Below, piece by piece: positions 1 through 8,625 of a DNA stretch of 36,624 nt. Made by a program: the position numbers and the translations under genes. A model generated the notes under the pieces. That model did not search any database and was not told where the DNA came from. It was given only the letters and a program-made list of their open reading frames with translations. The stretch comes from Candidatus Diapherotrites archaeon CG08_land_8_20_14_0_20_34_12 (GTDB taxonomy: Archaea > Iainarchaeota > Iainarchaeia > Iainarchaeales > 0-14-0-20-34-12), in NCBI GenBank assembly GCA_002779065.1, contig PEXL01000035.1:1-36624 (forward strand), read 5' to 3'. How positions within the stretch are numbered: position 1 is the first letter of the stretch; the number at the start of each line of letters is the position of its first letter.

Positions 1-1
1 A

Positions 2-208
2 TTTAAATATATGCCTCCAAAGGAATACCTGCTTGAGTATAGTGTTACAAACTTGTGGAAAATAAATCTCCCAAATTATTGGAGAATGATTTATACAATA
101 AGGCAGCCATTAAGGGAAAAGTCTGAGATCGAGATTCTTACAATATTTTTAGATGTTTTGGATATTGTTGACCACAAAAAATATGATAAGCTATTTGGAT
201 ACGGTTGA
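2..208 (+). CDS. RelE/ParE-superfamily toxin-like protein, 5'-truncated by the window edge (paralog of 6016..6369)
   Basis: The frame is open back to base 2. 'NLWKINLPNYWRMIYTI..EIEILTIFLDVLDIVDHKKYDKLFGY' aligns with 'NLFRIELPNRWRMLYSL..EIEIIAFVLDIIGHGTYDKKFGY' of the 117-aa ORF at 6016..6369. The W/YRxIY..I.I..I..H pattern is RelE/ParE-like. Confidence 0.55.
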   Translation, partial: FKYMPPKEYLLEYSVTNLWKINLPNYWRMIYTIRQPLREKSEIEILTIFLDVLDIVDHKKYDKLFGYG

Positions 209-257
209 GAAAGGGGTTATAAATATATACCCCCACATACTTATTAGGTGTTTCTTA

Positions 258-530
258 ATGAAATCTTTGCAGAAAACTGAGGTATTGCATTATCCCACCC
301 TTAAGACAGTCCTTGCCATTGAAGAGGTTGTCAAAAATTCTAATTTAGCCGCCAGCCGAAATGAAATCTTAAGAAGATTGGAGAATAAGGTAATGCGTTC
401 TTCTTTGAATGTTGTTTTGGATTATTTAGAAAATAGGGGGATGATTTTAGAGACTGATAAGGGATTTATCTGGACATTTAACTCAAGCAAAAGGCTGTTG
501 AAGGCAGAGAAAGGTGGAAAAATATGTTAA
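258..530 (+). CDS. Small winged-helix-like protein (paralog of 5735..6019); putative regulator or antitoxin
   Basis: ATG at 258 (MKSLQK). 'YPTLKTVLAIEEVVKN...SRNEILRRLENKV..SSLNVVLDYLENRGMI....KGFIW' parallels 'SPTLNTVLMVENVLEN...KVAELKRRLPKKVNHNTLKVILEYLEESSKI...KGITW'. The stop overlaps the next ATG (ATGTTAA). Confidence 0.5.
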   Translation: MKSLQKTEVLHYPTLKTVLAIEEVVKNSNLAASRNEILRRLENKVMRSSLNVVLDYLENRGMILETDKGFIWTFNSSKRLLKAEKGGKIC

Positions 531-874
531 GCAAATTTAAAACTGATTATGATGCTGAGGAAGACCTCCTTTATTTGTATAATGAGAATAAAAAATCCAA
601 AGGAAGCATTGAATTTGGCGACTTGATAGTTGATCTGGAAAAACAGGGCACAATTGTTGGGCTGGAAATATTTGAAGCCTCAAAATACCTGAGCGAGCTT
701 ACTAACAAAAAAATCACCAAAGAAATCCTTGATAAAATGCAAAAAACAACCATCTCTTTCGTAACTAAGAAAGGCACAACAATAATTAAAATATCTCTTC
801 CAATTGAGAAAGGGGAAGTGCCTGCCACAATTGCAATCCAGAACATGCACTACAAAAGCCCAATGACCGCATAA
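524..874 (+). CDS. DUF2283-family small protein
   Basis: 'YDAEEDLLYLY....GSIEFGDLIVDL..QGTIVGLEIFEASKYL' matches the characteristic DUF2283 pattern (YD.e.D.lyi...... d.d..G.ivGiEi..as). Overlaps the upstream wHTH gene by 7 nt. Confidence 0.6.
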   Translation: MLSKFKTDYDAEEDLLYLYNENKKSKGSIEFGDLIVDLEKQGTIVGLEIFEASKYLSELTNKKITKEILDKMQKTTISFVTKKGTTIIKISLPIEKGEVPATIAIQNMHYKSPMTA

Positions 875-963
875 TGCTGATTTTAATATCTGCGGTTAAA
901 ATTCCGCAGCCTCGCCAACAGTAACAAGCAGTTTTTTAAATAATATACTCTAATTGTTTCGTT

Positions 964-2682
964 ATGAAAAAAACAACAAAGATCATACTCATTGTTTTAG
1001 GGGTTCTGGTCGCTCTTTTGGTGTTAATGGCAATTTTTAAGATTTGCCCCCCGCAGGGACCTTGGCCAATGCCGCCGTGGTGTGAAGGTGGAACACAGTT
1101 GCCCAAAATTGAAGCGCCGAACAACCAACCAAATGGCACTCTTTTTCCTTCTGCTGAAGAAAAAGAATCTTCAAAAACAACAACCGGAACAACTTCTGCT
1201 GAACCGTCTAATGTTCCTGATGAAACATCCAAAATTCCTGATGAACAATCTAAAATTCCAGATGTTCCTGATTATACCATTAAATTCAGTGTTCAGGTTC
1301 CTGAAAATACCCCAAGCCATACAATAATTTACCTTCAAATCGGTGAAGGATTAAGCGAATGGGGAAGAAATTTAAAAATGGAAAAAACTGCTGAAAATGC
1401 CTGGGATTTGAATGCTGATTTGAAAGATTTTAAAGATAAAGAAATCAGGTATAGGTATCTGCGTGATAATTGGGGTTTTACCGGGGCAGAGGAATTTTCA
1501 CCAGACTCAAAAACAGCCTCGCGCAAAGTTTTGGTGGAAAAAAAATCAAAAGAAGTTAAAGATGTTGTGGAAAAATGGAGATGGCTGCCAAAAGCTGAGT
1601 ACCAAATGCCAGCAGTTCCAACAAGCGCAGGCAAGGTTCAATTTTTACCAAGACTGAACTCTGAGAAGTTTCAAAAAGGGGCGATGATAGTTGACTTTTG
1701 GTGGGATAATTTTAAAGATTTGCTTGACAGCACCCATGCACGCCTGAAGGAAAAAGGATTCGAATGGATTGAAATAGCGCCGCCATGGGATTACAAACAG
1801 GTAAATCCTGTTCCAATAATAACTTCTGAAGGATTTGGCCACACATATTCTGATGAAGAATTAGACTTTCATTTAAATAAGATGAAAACTGACGGCTTCA
1901 AGGTTTATATGATGCCACAAATCTGCTGCGCAGATACCAGCAAAGCAAGCTTTACTAAAGAATGGTGGGATGCTTGGTTTAATGAGTATGAAAAATACGC
2001 AATGTATTTTGTAGACAAGGCAAATAAGTATAATGTTGAATATTTAGTTATCAGCGGAGACTGGGTGGCAGTAGCAGCATCACCTGATAAAAGGCCGGCA
2101 GATTATAAAGAAAGATTGGAAGCGATTTATAGCAAAGTAAAATCTGCTTATAAGGGAAAGTTTGGCCGCAATTTGTTCATTGGTGGAGAGATCAAGGATA
2201 ATATTCCAGACATTTGGCCGAATCTAGATTATATGCCATTTATGGAACAGGCTGATTTTATTAGCATTAACTGGTGGGTTGGTCTTACTGACAAAAACAA
2301 TCCAACGCAGGAAGAATTAAATGCCAATGCTAAAAAGATTTTTGATTTAAGATTAAAACCAGTATATGAAAAATACACAAAGCCGATTATTCTCCAGCAG
2401 GTTGCTTATCCAAGCATTGACGGAGGATTAACCGGCAAAGCAGGGGTTGATGATGCAGCAACCGCTGTTTGGGAACCTTATTCTGACAAATACAAACTTG
2501 ATGTAGAAGAACAGGCAATGGGTTTTGAAGCAATAATGGATGCAGTTTCCCAGTCCTCTTATATTACTGGAGTTTATCCTTTTACCTACTGGCCGGATGA
2601 ATTCCCGCTGACCAAAGAATACAACATTCGCGGCAAGCCTGCTGAGGATGTATTAAGCCAGTGGTATAAATCACTGCCGTAG
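964..2682 (+). CDS. N-terminally membrane-anchored extracellular protein with a Ser/Thr/Pro/Glu linker, a beta-rich (CBM-like) module and a TIM-barrel glycoside-hydrolase-like domain
   Basis: 572-aa ORF. It has an N-terminal hydrophobic anchor 'IILIVLGVLVALLVLMAIF', a linker with 'PDETSKIPDEQSKIPDVPD', and a C-terminal region rich in W/Y/D/E with alternating beta-alpha character. A TATA-like 'TTTAAATAATATA' lies about 25 nt upstream of the ATG, suggesting a leaderless transcript. The family was not assigned. Confidence 0.5.
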   Translation: MKKTTKIILIVLGVLVALLVLMAIFKICPPQGPWPMPPWCEGGTQLPKIEAPNNQPNGTLFPSAEEKESSKTTTGTTSAEPSNVPDETSKIPDEQSKIPDVPDYTIKFSVQVPENTPSHTIIYLQIGEGLSEWGRNLKMEKTAENAWDLNADLKDFKDKEIRYRYLRDNWGFTGAEEFSPDSKTASRKVLVEKKSKEVKDVVEKWRWLPKAEYQMPAVPTSAGKVQFLPRLNSEKFQKGAMIVDFWWDNFKDLLDSTHARLKEKGFEWIEIAPPWDYKQVNPVPIITSEGFGHTYSDEELDFHLNKMKTDGFKVYMMPQICCADTSKASFTKEWWDAWFNEYEKYAMYFVDKANKYNVEYLVISGDWVAVAASPDKRPADYKERLEAIYSKVKSAYKGKFGRNLFIGGEIKDNIPDIWPNLDYMPFMEQADFISINWWVGLTDKNNPTQEELNANAKKIFDLRLKPVYEKYTKPIILQQVAYPSIDGGLTGKAGVDDAATAVWEPYSDKYKLDVEEQAMGFEAIMDAVSQSSYITGVYPFTYWPDEFPLTKEYNIRGKPAEDVLSQWYKSLP

Positions 2683-2852
2683 CTCTAAAATTTAATTTAG
2701 AAGACGGGTAAAAAGGTCATTTGAAAAACGCGGCTTTAAAGCAAATTTTTTCTATGTGCCTGAAAACAGGCCCGAAAATCTTCCAGTAAACATACTGATT
2801 ATCAGGAAAATTAGGTAAGGATTCTCCCTGACTGTTTATCTTTTGCCGTATT

Positions 2853-3518
2853 TTAGTAATTCAATTTTTTCTGATTATACGCTGCGGCAGCAATTGCAAG
2901 AATTGCAATGGCTAGGAAAAGAATATTTCCCATTGAAAAGCCTGAAGCATAGGGCAGATCATACTTTACCCTGTTTGATTCAGCATCAAAGGAAATATTG
3001 CTTGCGCCCTCTGGCAGATTGATTGTTGTTGTTATCATTTTCTTGTAGTCACTGCCCTGGTCTGCATAAGTGAAAACCAATGCATTGGCTGTCTGCGCTG
3101 AAAGCGTTGGTTGAGCTCCTTCAGCAGCAGCAATAATCTCCCAATGGCTTTCCTTGTTCACTGACATTCCTTTTATCAGGTAAGATGCGGTTATCTTATT
3201 GTTAAATTCATCAACCTTTACATCCAGGTTCTCAAGCTGCAATGGCATATTCTTCGGTTCAAAGACACGGGCAAACATGCTTAACTGCGGATACTGCTGC
3301 TTAAATGCAATAAATGCTGTTGCAGTCAGGGCAATATCCTCCTTTACCTGCGCATCTCCGTTTGGAAGAATATTCATTATAGAGGTTTCCTTCATTTCAA
3401 TTACTGCGAGCGGCGCTGTTTCTGCACAAAAAACGCTTGCGCTAAACATTAAAACAATTAAAGAAAAAAACACCAAACTATAAGCCAAAAATTTCAATTT
3501 AAAGAATTTTGAGTTCAT
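2853..3518 (-). CDS. Secreted protein with a signal peptide and a C-terminal transmembrane anchor (hypothetical)
   Basis: N-terminal 'FLAYSLVFFSLIVLMFSASVFCAE', C-terminal 'GNILFLAIAILAIAAAAYNQKK'. It starts 1 nt after the stop of the upstream gene 3520..5172, so the two likely form an operon. Confidence 0.6.
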   Translation of the reverse strand: MNSKFFKLKFLAYSLVFFSLIVLMFSASVFCAETAPLAVIEMKETSIMNILPNGDAQVKEDIALTATAFIAFKQQYPQLSMFARVFEPKNMPLQLENLDVKVDEFNNKITASYLIKGMSVNKESHWEIIAAAEGAQPTLSAQTANALVFTYADQGSDYKKMITTTINLPEGASNISFDAESNRVKYDLPYASGFSMGNILFLAIAILAIAAAAYNQKKLNY

Positions 3519-3519
3519 T

Positions 3520-5172
3520 TTAATTACCCCCTACAACAAAAGTTGCTGCAATATCATTCAATTCATTCATTGATGCCTGCACATTTGGATTCAAAGTATC
3601 ATAAAAAAATGCAAAAGCATAAGTGCCTGTGGAGAAATATTTTCCAACAGCCCTTCCTGTTTCACCAGTTGAATAAATGCTTGTGTTATAAGTTACAACA
3701 TCAGCATCATAAAGGTTTGAAATCTTTTGCTGCGTTATAGTAAGGGCATCAAAAGAACCTATTGTGGTTATTGCAGCTTCAATGTAGTTGCGCATGTTTT
3801 CCTTAGTTTCACTCGGAAGCCAGCTGACCAATACCTCACTTTTTGTATCCGGAGAAGTTAGAATAATTTCTGTTGCCCCGTTTTTCTTCAGTGACCAGTT
3901 ACTCGGATAGGTAATAGCCCATTCTGGAGTTGTTGTGTTTGAATAAACCTTTAAATTAGCACCAACAATATCTGTGGCATAATCGGATTCAGTTCCAGTT
4001 GCTGTATCACCTGTTTCAGCAGCAGTAGTTCCATCAAGCGTTTCTTTTACATTCCACTGTTTGAAAACATCTTCAGGCAGGGCTTCAAGCTGCGGAGGCG
4101 TAATCCCTGAAATCTGGAAAGACTTTATATCAATTACAAGATACGGGCCTTTCATTGCTTTGTTAAAGGATTCTTCCCCTGATTTTACTGCATCTTCAAA
4201 TGTTGTTTTATTATTCAATTGGGTGGATTCAATTGGGATAAGGTTTCCGCTGATAGGCAATTTAACCACTGGGAAAGCATGGCCTGTCATTAAAATAACA
4301 TATGATTCAAGGCCTTGGGACATTGCAAGCGATGCAAAAAAGATTGCAGTATCAATGCAGGTGCCTGCCTTATCCTTTAGCACATCCCTCGGATATTTTA
4401 AATATTGAGAAAACTGCCCGGTCCAAAAAGCATCTGGCTCTGTTTTATAAGAAATGCCGTTTGCAACAGAAAGAGACCACATTCCATTAAGGCTTTTAAT
4501 TGCATCCTCATCTGAAAGTTTTGCTGCTGCCCCTCCAGCTACTTTATTTCCTGCATCAGCAAACTTCATTACAACAGGGTCTGTTGGAGTGATCCATGAA
4601 GCAAGCAATGGGTAATTTGAAAAAGCATCATAAAAACTTCCTGTGCTTTTTTCCGGAGGAATGCTGGTAAACACAAAGTCATGCCCCCCTAATATTTCAA
4701 TATTTTTGCTTTCGCTTATTTCCTTTAATGCACCCTCCTTAGTTTCAGAATAGGTTATTTTATACTTTACTTTTGAGGGCGTTGAGGTGGTTAATTTCAT
4801 TATTGTGTCCGAAAGCAATGGATAATATAAATCAACAACAGTGCTGCCAGGCAATAAGATTGGATAGCTTTTTCCTTCAGCCCACCCAGAATAGCCTTCA
4901 ACAATGTAATTAGGCCTAACATTATATGCTGGAGCAGTTCCGGAATTTGTTATTATCAATTTCGCTGCCCAAGTGCCAAGCGGTTCTTTTCCATAAACCT
5001 TATAGGCTCCGGAAAGAATATTTGCAGGAGCCAAAATCTTGTACTCTAATTTTGGGGTTCCGCCTCCGGCAGAAGCACTTACAGGGGAAGTGAAATATAA
5101 ATAAAAACTCCCCAAAGCAACCAATACCAATGCAATTGAAACAATTGTCTTAATCGGAATATTATGAATCAA
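3520..5172 (-). CDS. Secreted transglutaminase-like (Cys-His) putative cysteine protease with an N-terminal CARDB-like beta domain
   Basis: 'KAGTCIDTAIFFASLAMSQGLESYVILMTGHAFPVV' is the transglutaminase-core Cys...His signature. The N-terminal anchor is 'IVSIALVLVALGSFYLYF'. The TTG start is preceded by GGTGG 5 nt upstream. Confidence 0.65.
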   Translation of the reverse strand: MIHNIPIKTIVSIALVLVALGSFYLYFTSPVSASAGGGTPKLEYKILAPANILSGAYKVYGKEPLGTWAAKLIITNSGTAPAYNVRPNYIVEGYSGWAEGKSYPILLPGSTVVDLYYPLLSDTIMKLTTSTPSKVKYKITYSETKEGALKEISESKNIEILGGHDFVFTSIPPEKSTGSFYDAFSNYPLLASWITPTDPVVMKFADAGNKVAGGAAAKLSDEDAIKSLNGMWSLSVANGISYKTEPDAFWTGQFSQYLKYPRDVLKDKAGTCIDTAIFFASLAMSQGLESYVILMTGHAFPVVKLPISGNLIPIESTQLNNKTTFEDAVKSGEESFNKAMKGPYLVIDIKSFQISGITPPQLEALPEDVFKQWNVKETLDGTTAAETGDTATGTESDYATDIVGANLKVYSNTTTPEWAITYPSNWSLKKNGATEIILTSPDTKSEVLVSWLPSETKENMRNYIEAAITTIGSFDALTITQQKISNLYDADVVTYNTSIYSTGETGRAVGKYFSTGTYAFAFFYDTLNPNVQASMNELNDIAATFVVGGN

Positions 5173-5310
5173 ACAACCACCAATCTTTTTTTCTTTTATT
5201 ACTTTTATTTATAATATTATTGGGCAAACTATTGCATGTTAATAACTCTTAACTGCTTAATAAAACTTTTTATATCAAAGAATCCAAACAGTCAGGTCAT
5301 TGAATGAAAA

Positions 5311-5549
5311 GCGTGCTGTGTGAAGCTCCACAGGCTAAAGTCTGTGGCTTCTCATATTCACAATGGGCTTTAGGCGGAAGCCTGTGCAAGAAAAAATAAC
5401 AGATAGGTGCGCTCCTCCACAACCTAAAGGTTGTGGCTTCACAGTGTGATATATTATAATAAGTTATTAATAAAAAATAATTATAAAAAATTAATACTAT
5501 AGGATATCACACTGTGCCCGCGCACCTGTGGAGCTTCAGTGATGCTTTG
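5311..5549. repeat. Composite structured repeat element 'A': two CCACA-NN-CTAAAG-NN-TGTGGCTTC hairpin units plus a nested inverted-repeat cassette and long-range 13-14 bp pairing
   Basis: Unit 1 is 5328..5351 and unit 2 is 5417..5440; their stems differ by compensatory changes (CCACAGGC/GTCTGTGG versus CCACAACC/GGTTGTGG). The inverted repeat CACAGTGTGATAT (5440..5452) pairs with ATATCACACTGTG (5504..5516). GAAGCTCCACAGG (5322..5334) pairs with CCTGTGGAGCTTC (5525..5537), and GGTGCGC (5406..5412) with GCGCACC (5520..5526). Confidence 0.7.
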
Positions 5550-5690
5550 TGGGATAAAAATTAAAGTAAACGCCAAGGTTGCTTTAAAATAAACCTCGCG
5601 TATATATTGTACTTTAAACTAATTACTTAAGGTTGAATCCAAATGAACAATGCATTTTGGCAAAACAGCAAACAAAGGTTTTAAATATAT

Positions 5691-5713
5691 ATTAATAACT
5701 AATAGTTATTAAT
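5691..5713. promoter_or_regulatory. Perfect 10-bp inverted repeat with a 3-nt spacer between a TATA-like box and the wHTH/toxin operon start; candidate autoregulatory operator
   Basis: ATTAATAACT-AAT-AGTTATTAAT lies just downstream of 'TTTTAAATATATA' (about 5678..5690) and 22 nt upstream of the ATG at 5735. The sequence is AT-rich, so it is statistically weaker than a GC-containing palindrome. Confidence 0.35.
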
Positions 5714-5734
5714 CAATAACTTTTAGTGATTAAT

Positions 5735-6019
5735 ATGCAAGATCAAAAACAAATGATAGAACAAAGATTTGAGCATTCCCCTACATTAAATACTGTATTA
5801 ATGGTTGAGAATGTTTTGGAGAATATGAATGAAACTGTAATCAAAGTGGCAGAATTGAAAAGAAGGCTGCCAAAGAAAGTAAACCATAACACCTTAAAAG
5901 TAATATTGGAGTACTTGGAAGAAAGCAGCAAGATCACAGTAAGCCTCAAGGGCATTACTTGGATTCATAACCAAAATAAAAATCTGAGAAATGCAATTGG
6001 GAAAGGTCTTGAGCTATGA
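5735..6019 (+). CDS. Small winged-helix-like protein, putative antitoxin or regulator of the downstream RelE-like gene
   Basis: ATG at 5735 (MQDQKQ). Paralog of 258..530. Its stop overlaps the downstream start in an ATGA motif at 6016..6019, consistent with translational coupling. Confidence 0.55.
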   Translation: MQDQKQMIEQRFEHSPTLNTVLMVENVLENMNETVIKVAELKRRLPKKVNHNTLKVILEYLEESSKITVSLKGITWIHNQNKNLRNAIGKGLEL

Positions 6020-6369
6020 AAATTGTTCGGGTAATTTTATCTCCGGAAGCTGAAGAGGTTTACAAATACTTAAATGAAAAGTCAGCAAATTCAAAAATTG
6101 AGAAAAGCATTCTGCTTGCAATTAACAAAAAGGTTGAATTAATCAAATTAAATACCCACTATGGAAACCCCATTGGCAAAGACTTGATCCCAAAAATGTA
6201 CAAAGAACAGTATGGCATAACAAATCTTTTTAGAATTGAGCTTCCAAACCGTTGGAGAATGTTATATTCCCTTACAAATGGCGGAACTGAAATTGAAATA
6301 ATTGCTTTTGTGCTTGATATAATAGGCCATGGCACCTATGATAAAAAATTTGGTTATAAAAAGAATTAA
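6016..6369 (+). CDS. RelE/ParE-superfamily toxin-like protein
   Basis: 117 aa. 'ILSPEAEEVYKYL' at the N-terminus and 'FRIELPNRWRMLYSL.....EIEIIAFVLDIIGHGTYDKKF' at the C-terminus fit the RelE/ParE fold pattern. ATGA overlap with the upstream small gene. Confidence 0.6.
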   Translation: MKIVRVILSPEAEEVYKYLNEKSANSKIEKSILLAINKKVELIKLNTHYGNPIGKDLIPKMYKEQYGITNLFRIELPNRWRMLYSLTNGGTEIEIIAFVLDIIGHGTYDKKFGYKKN

Positions 6370-6396
6370 TTTAGTAAACATTTAAGCTTATTTAAA

Positions 6397-8103
6397 TTAC
6401 CACACATAAACAGGATAAGGCGTGAGTTTAATTGAAACCTTGCCATTTTCAGGGCTGATTTGTTTTGCATCCTTGGATGAAGAAGTCTGCATCTGTTCAA
6501 CAGTGAGTGCACTTGATGCATCTAAAGTAAAGGTTGTTTCTGGAATAACATCTTCTGGAAGAATAAGCTTTCCGGTTTCAAGCCAGGCAATCCATACTGG
6601 CTTGCTGTTTATTGTAAATTTGTATAATTTGATTTCATGATTATCCAAAACTGGAATTTTTTCAACATTGGAATAGCCTTTTATGGAAGAAGCGAGCTGC
6701 TGTAAGGCAAAAAATGATGGCCTTAAACTTTTTACTGTCCTTTGCTGTGTTGCAATATTAAATGAAACTTCAGACATTCCTGACCATGCTGAAGTACCGG
6801 CACTTGCCTGCATAATTTTTGATTTAAGCAGGTCAAAATCCTCTGTTGAAGCAATATTTATAAGTTCAACATTCTGCTCAGCAGCAATTATTACCCTTTT
6901 CACTATGTCTGAAGCATGATATTTATATGTCCAGCCAAGTGTTTCTTTATTTTCTCCAATAAGGTTATTGAAATATGTGGCTAACCTGCATTTGTCTGCT
7001 TCTGTTACTGGCTTGATAAGGATGCCCTGCCCTGTACCTGTGCATTTTGTTGCAATTCCCTGGCCAATAAATGAATTAACTAATGTATCAGAAATTATTA
7101 TGCTTTTTTTGTAATTGCGCTTATTCATTTCATAGTTAAGCCATTGCATAGTATTTTCAATTTCATAAAAATCGCCTAAGCTATGGAAATTAATTGCATC
7201 AAAGAATTCCGGCTTGTCAAGAATTTTTTTAATGTCTGAATAGGAATGGGTCATAATCCTTTGGTCTACCTCATTAAATGCAGATTCATATTGTTCTGCT
7301 GAAGGATTATCCTTGAAAGCTGTTGTAACTAAAAAGGCAGCATGCAGCACAATAACTTTATCTGATGCGCTATGCGCCGCAGTGTAGGCACTTTCAAGCA
7401 TTTCAAGATATTCTTCTGCTGTTTCTGGCTCATATGATGAAAATTCTGTACCTATTTCATAATATTTCACAGGATATTTGAGGGAAGGCATATCTTCATC
7501 GCCATCCAGATCATATCTTTCAACAACAGAACTCACCCATTTTTTGTAAGCATCAACAAATTCTTTTTTTGGTGTTGGGTTAAACAGGCCTTTTTCTGCC
7601 CATTTGCTTCTTGATTTTAATGCAACTACCAAATCGGTAAAGCCTGCTTCCTGAAATTCTGTTACAAAATTATCCATTACTTTAAAATTTATTTCAGAAG
7701 TTTCAGAAGGCTGCATATTGTCCCAGGCAATTGCATCAGGGTAATATTTCACTGCAGGAATTCCCAACTTGCTGAATTCTTTTGCGATGCCGGGCATTGC
7801 ATATTCAATGCCTATAAGAATTTCTTTTTTCTGCGCAGTATTTAAGATTTCAGATTGGTTATCTTCAGCCGGATTTTCTTTTTCTGGATCAGCTGCCGAA
7901 ATATTATTATCTAATTGAACAGCAGCAGATTGTAGATTATTGCTTAAATCATTATTCAAATTTGCATTAGTGGAATCATCCAGATTATCCTTTGCATCTG
8001 TTTGATCTTGTGGTTTAACTTTTGTACATCCACTTAAAAGAAGCAAAGCTAGGATAAGCAACAATACTAAACAAGATAACTTTGTAAATTTCATAATCTT
8101 CAT
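6397..8103 (-). CDS. Lipoprotein-type secreted TIM-barrel glycoside-hydrolase-like protein
   Basis: Lipobox 'LLLLSGC' follows the hydrophobic h-region, then an Asn/Asp-rich linker and a beta/alpha region with 'YYEIGTEFSSY' (candidate catalytic Glu). Start set at ATG 8103 (MKIMKF); the TTG at 8115 in the ORF track is less likely. Confidence 0.5.
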   Translation of the reverse strand: MKIMKFTKLSCLVLLLILALLLLSGCTKVKPQDQTDAKDNLDDSTNANLNNDLSNNLQSAAVQLDNNISAADPEKENPAEDNQSEILNTAQKKEILIGIEYAMPGIAKEFSKLGIPAVKYYPDAIAWDNMQPSETSEINFKVMDNFVTEFQEAGFTDLVVALKSRSKWAEKGLFNPTPKKEFVDAYKKWVSSVVERYDLDGDEDMPSLKYPVKYYEIGTEFSSYEPETAEEYLEMLESAYTAAHSASDKVIVLHAAFLVTTAFKDNPSAEQYESAFNEVDQRIMTHSYSDIKKILDKPEFFDAINFHSLGDFYEIENTMQWLNYEMNKRNYKKSIIISDTLVNSFIGQGIATKCTGTGQGILIKPVTEADKCRLATYFNNLIGENKETLGWTYKYHASDIVKRVIIAAEQNVELINIASTEDFDLLKSKIMQASAGTSAWSGMSEVSFNIATQQRTVKSLRPSFFALQQLASSIKGYSNVEKIPVLDNHEIKLYKFTINSKPVWIAWLETGKLILPEDVIPETTFTLDASSALTVEQMQTSSSKDAKQISPENGKVSIKLTPYPVYVW

Positions 8104-8178
8104 TTTCCAGCTCAAACTTTTTCCGAACCTTTAATGCAATAATAATAATTGATATAAAAATTTGCTGATTTTTAGCAA

Positions 8179-8358
8179 TTATTTCAAATTAAAAGACCAG
8201 ACAAATGCTGGCTTTTTCTTTTTGAGTTTTGCTTTTTTATCAGACCTCTTCCTTGAAATTACCGAACTCAGTTTCTTGTATGTTTTTGTGGTTGTCTTGA
8301 ACTTAGCCCTTTGTTTCTTTAAACCCTTAATTTTTCTTCTTTTGTAAGATTTTACCAT
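8179..8358 (-). CDS. 59-aa very basic Lys/Arg-rich small protein (hypothetical; ribosome- or nucleic-acid-associated?)
   Basis: Hand translation gives MVKSYKRRKIKGLKKQRAKFKTTTKTYKKLSSVISRKRSDKKAKLKKKKPAFVWSFNLK*. It is below the ORF-track length cutoff, and the + strand ORF 8162..8347 is its antisense shadow. It is divergent from rpl21e. No family was recognised. Confidence 0.35.
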   Translation of the reverse strand: MVKSYKRRKIKGLKKQRAKFKTTTKTYKKLSSVISRKRSDKKAKLKKKKPAFVWSFNLK

Positions 8359-8625
8359 AATATCACTTCAGTATGTTGCATAATATTTATCAAATATTTT
8401 TTTTATATTTGTTTTATGAGCGCAACACGCTGTTTAGAATAAGTATTTTCGGCTATTTATTACTTTCTTAAAGGGCTTTTCTGCTGTTTAAAGCAGGCAG
8501 CGCGATGTTTTAAATATCTTTCTTTCTATTATTTCCTAATATTAGACTTAATTTAACTATACGTAAGTCGTTATATTAGTATATTAAAGTATTAATAAAT
8601 GAGATTTTATTTTTAAATTTGAAGG

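Noticed and set aside
5440-5452. The CACAGTG start of the inverted-repeat arm resembles the RAG/Transib RSS heptamer
   Set aside because: A 7-mer match is expected by chance. There is no nonamer at 12 or 23 bp and no transposase, and the other cassette copies vary at these positions.
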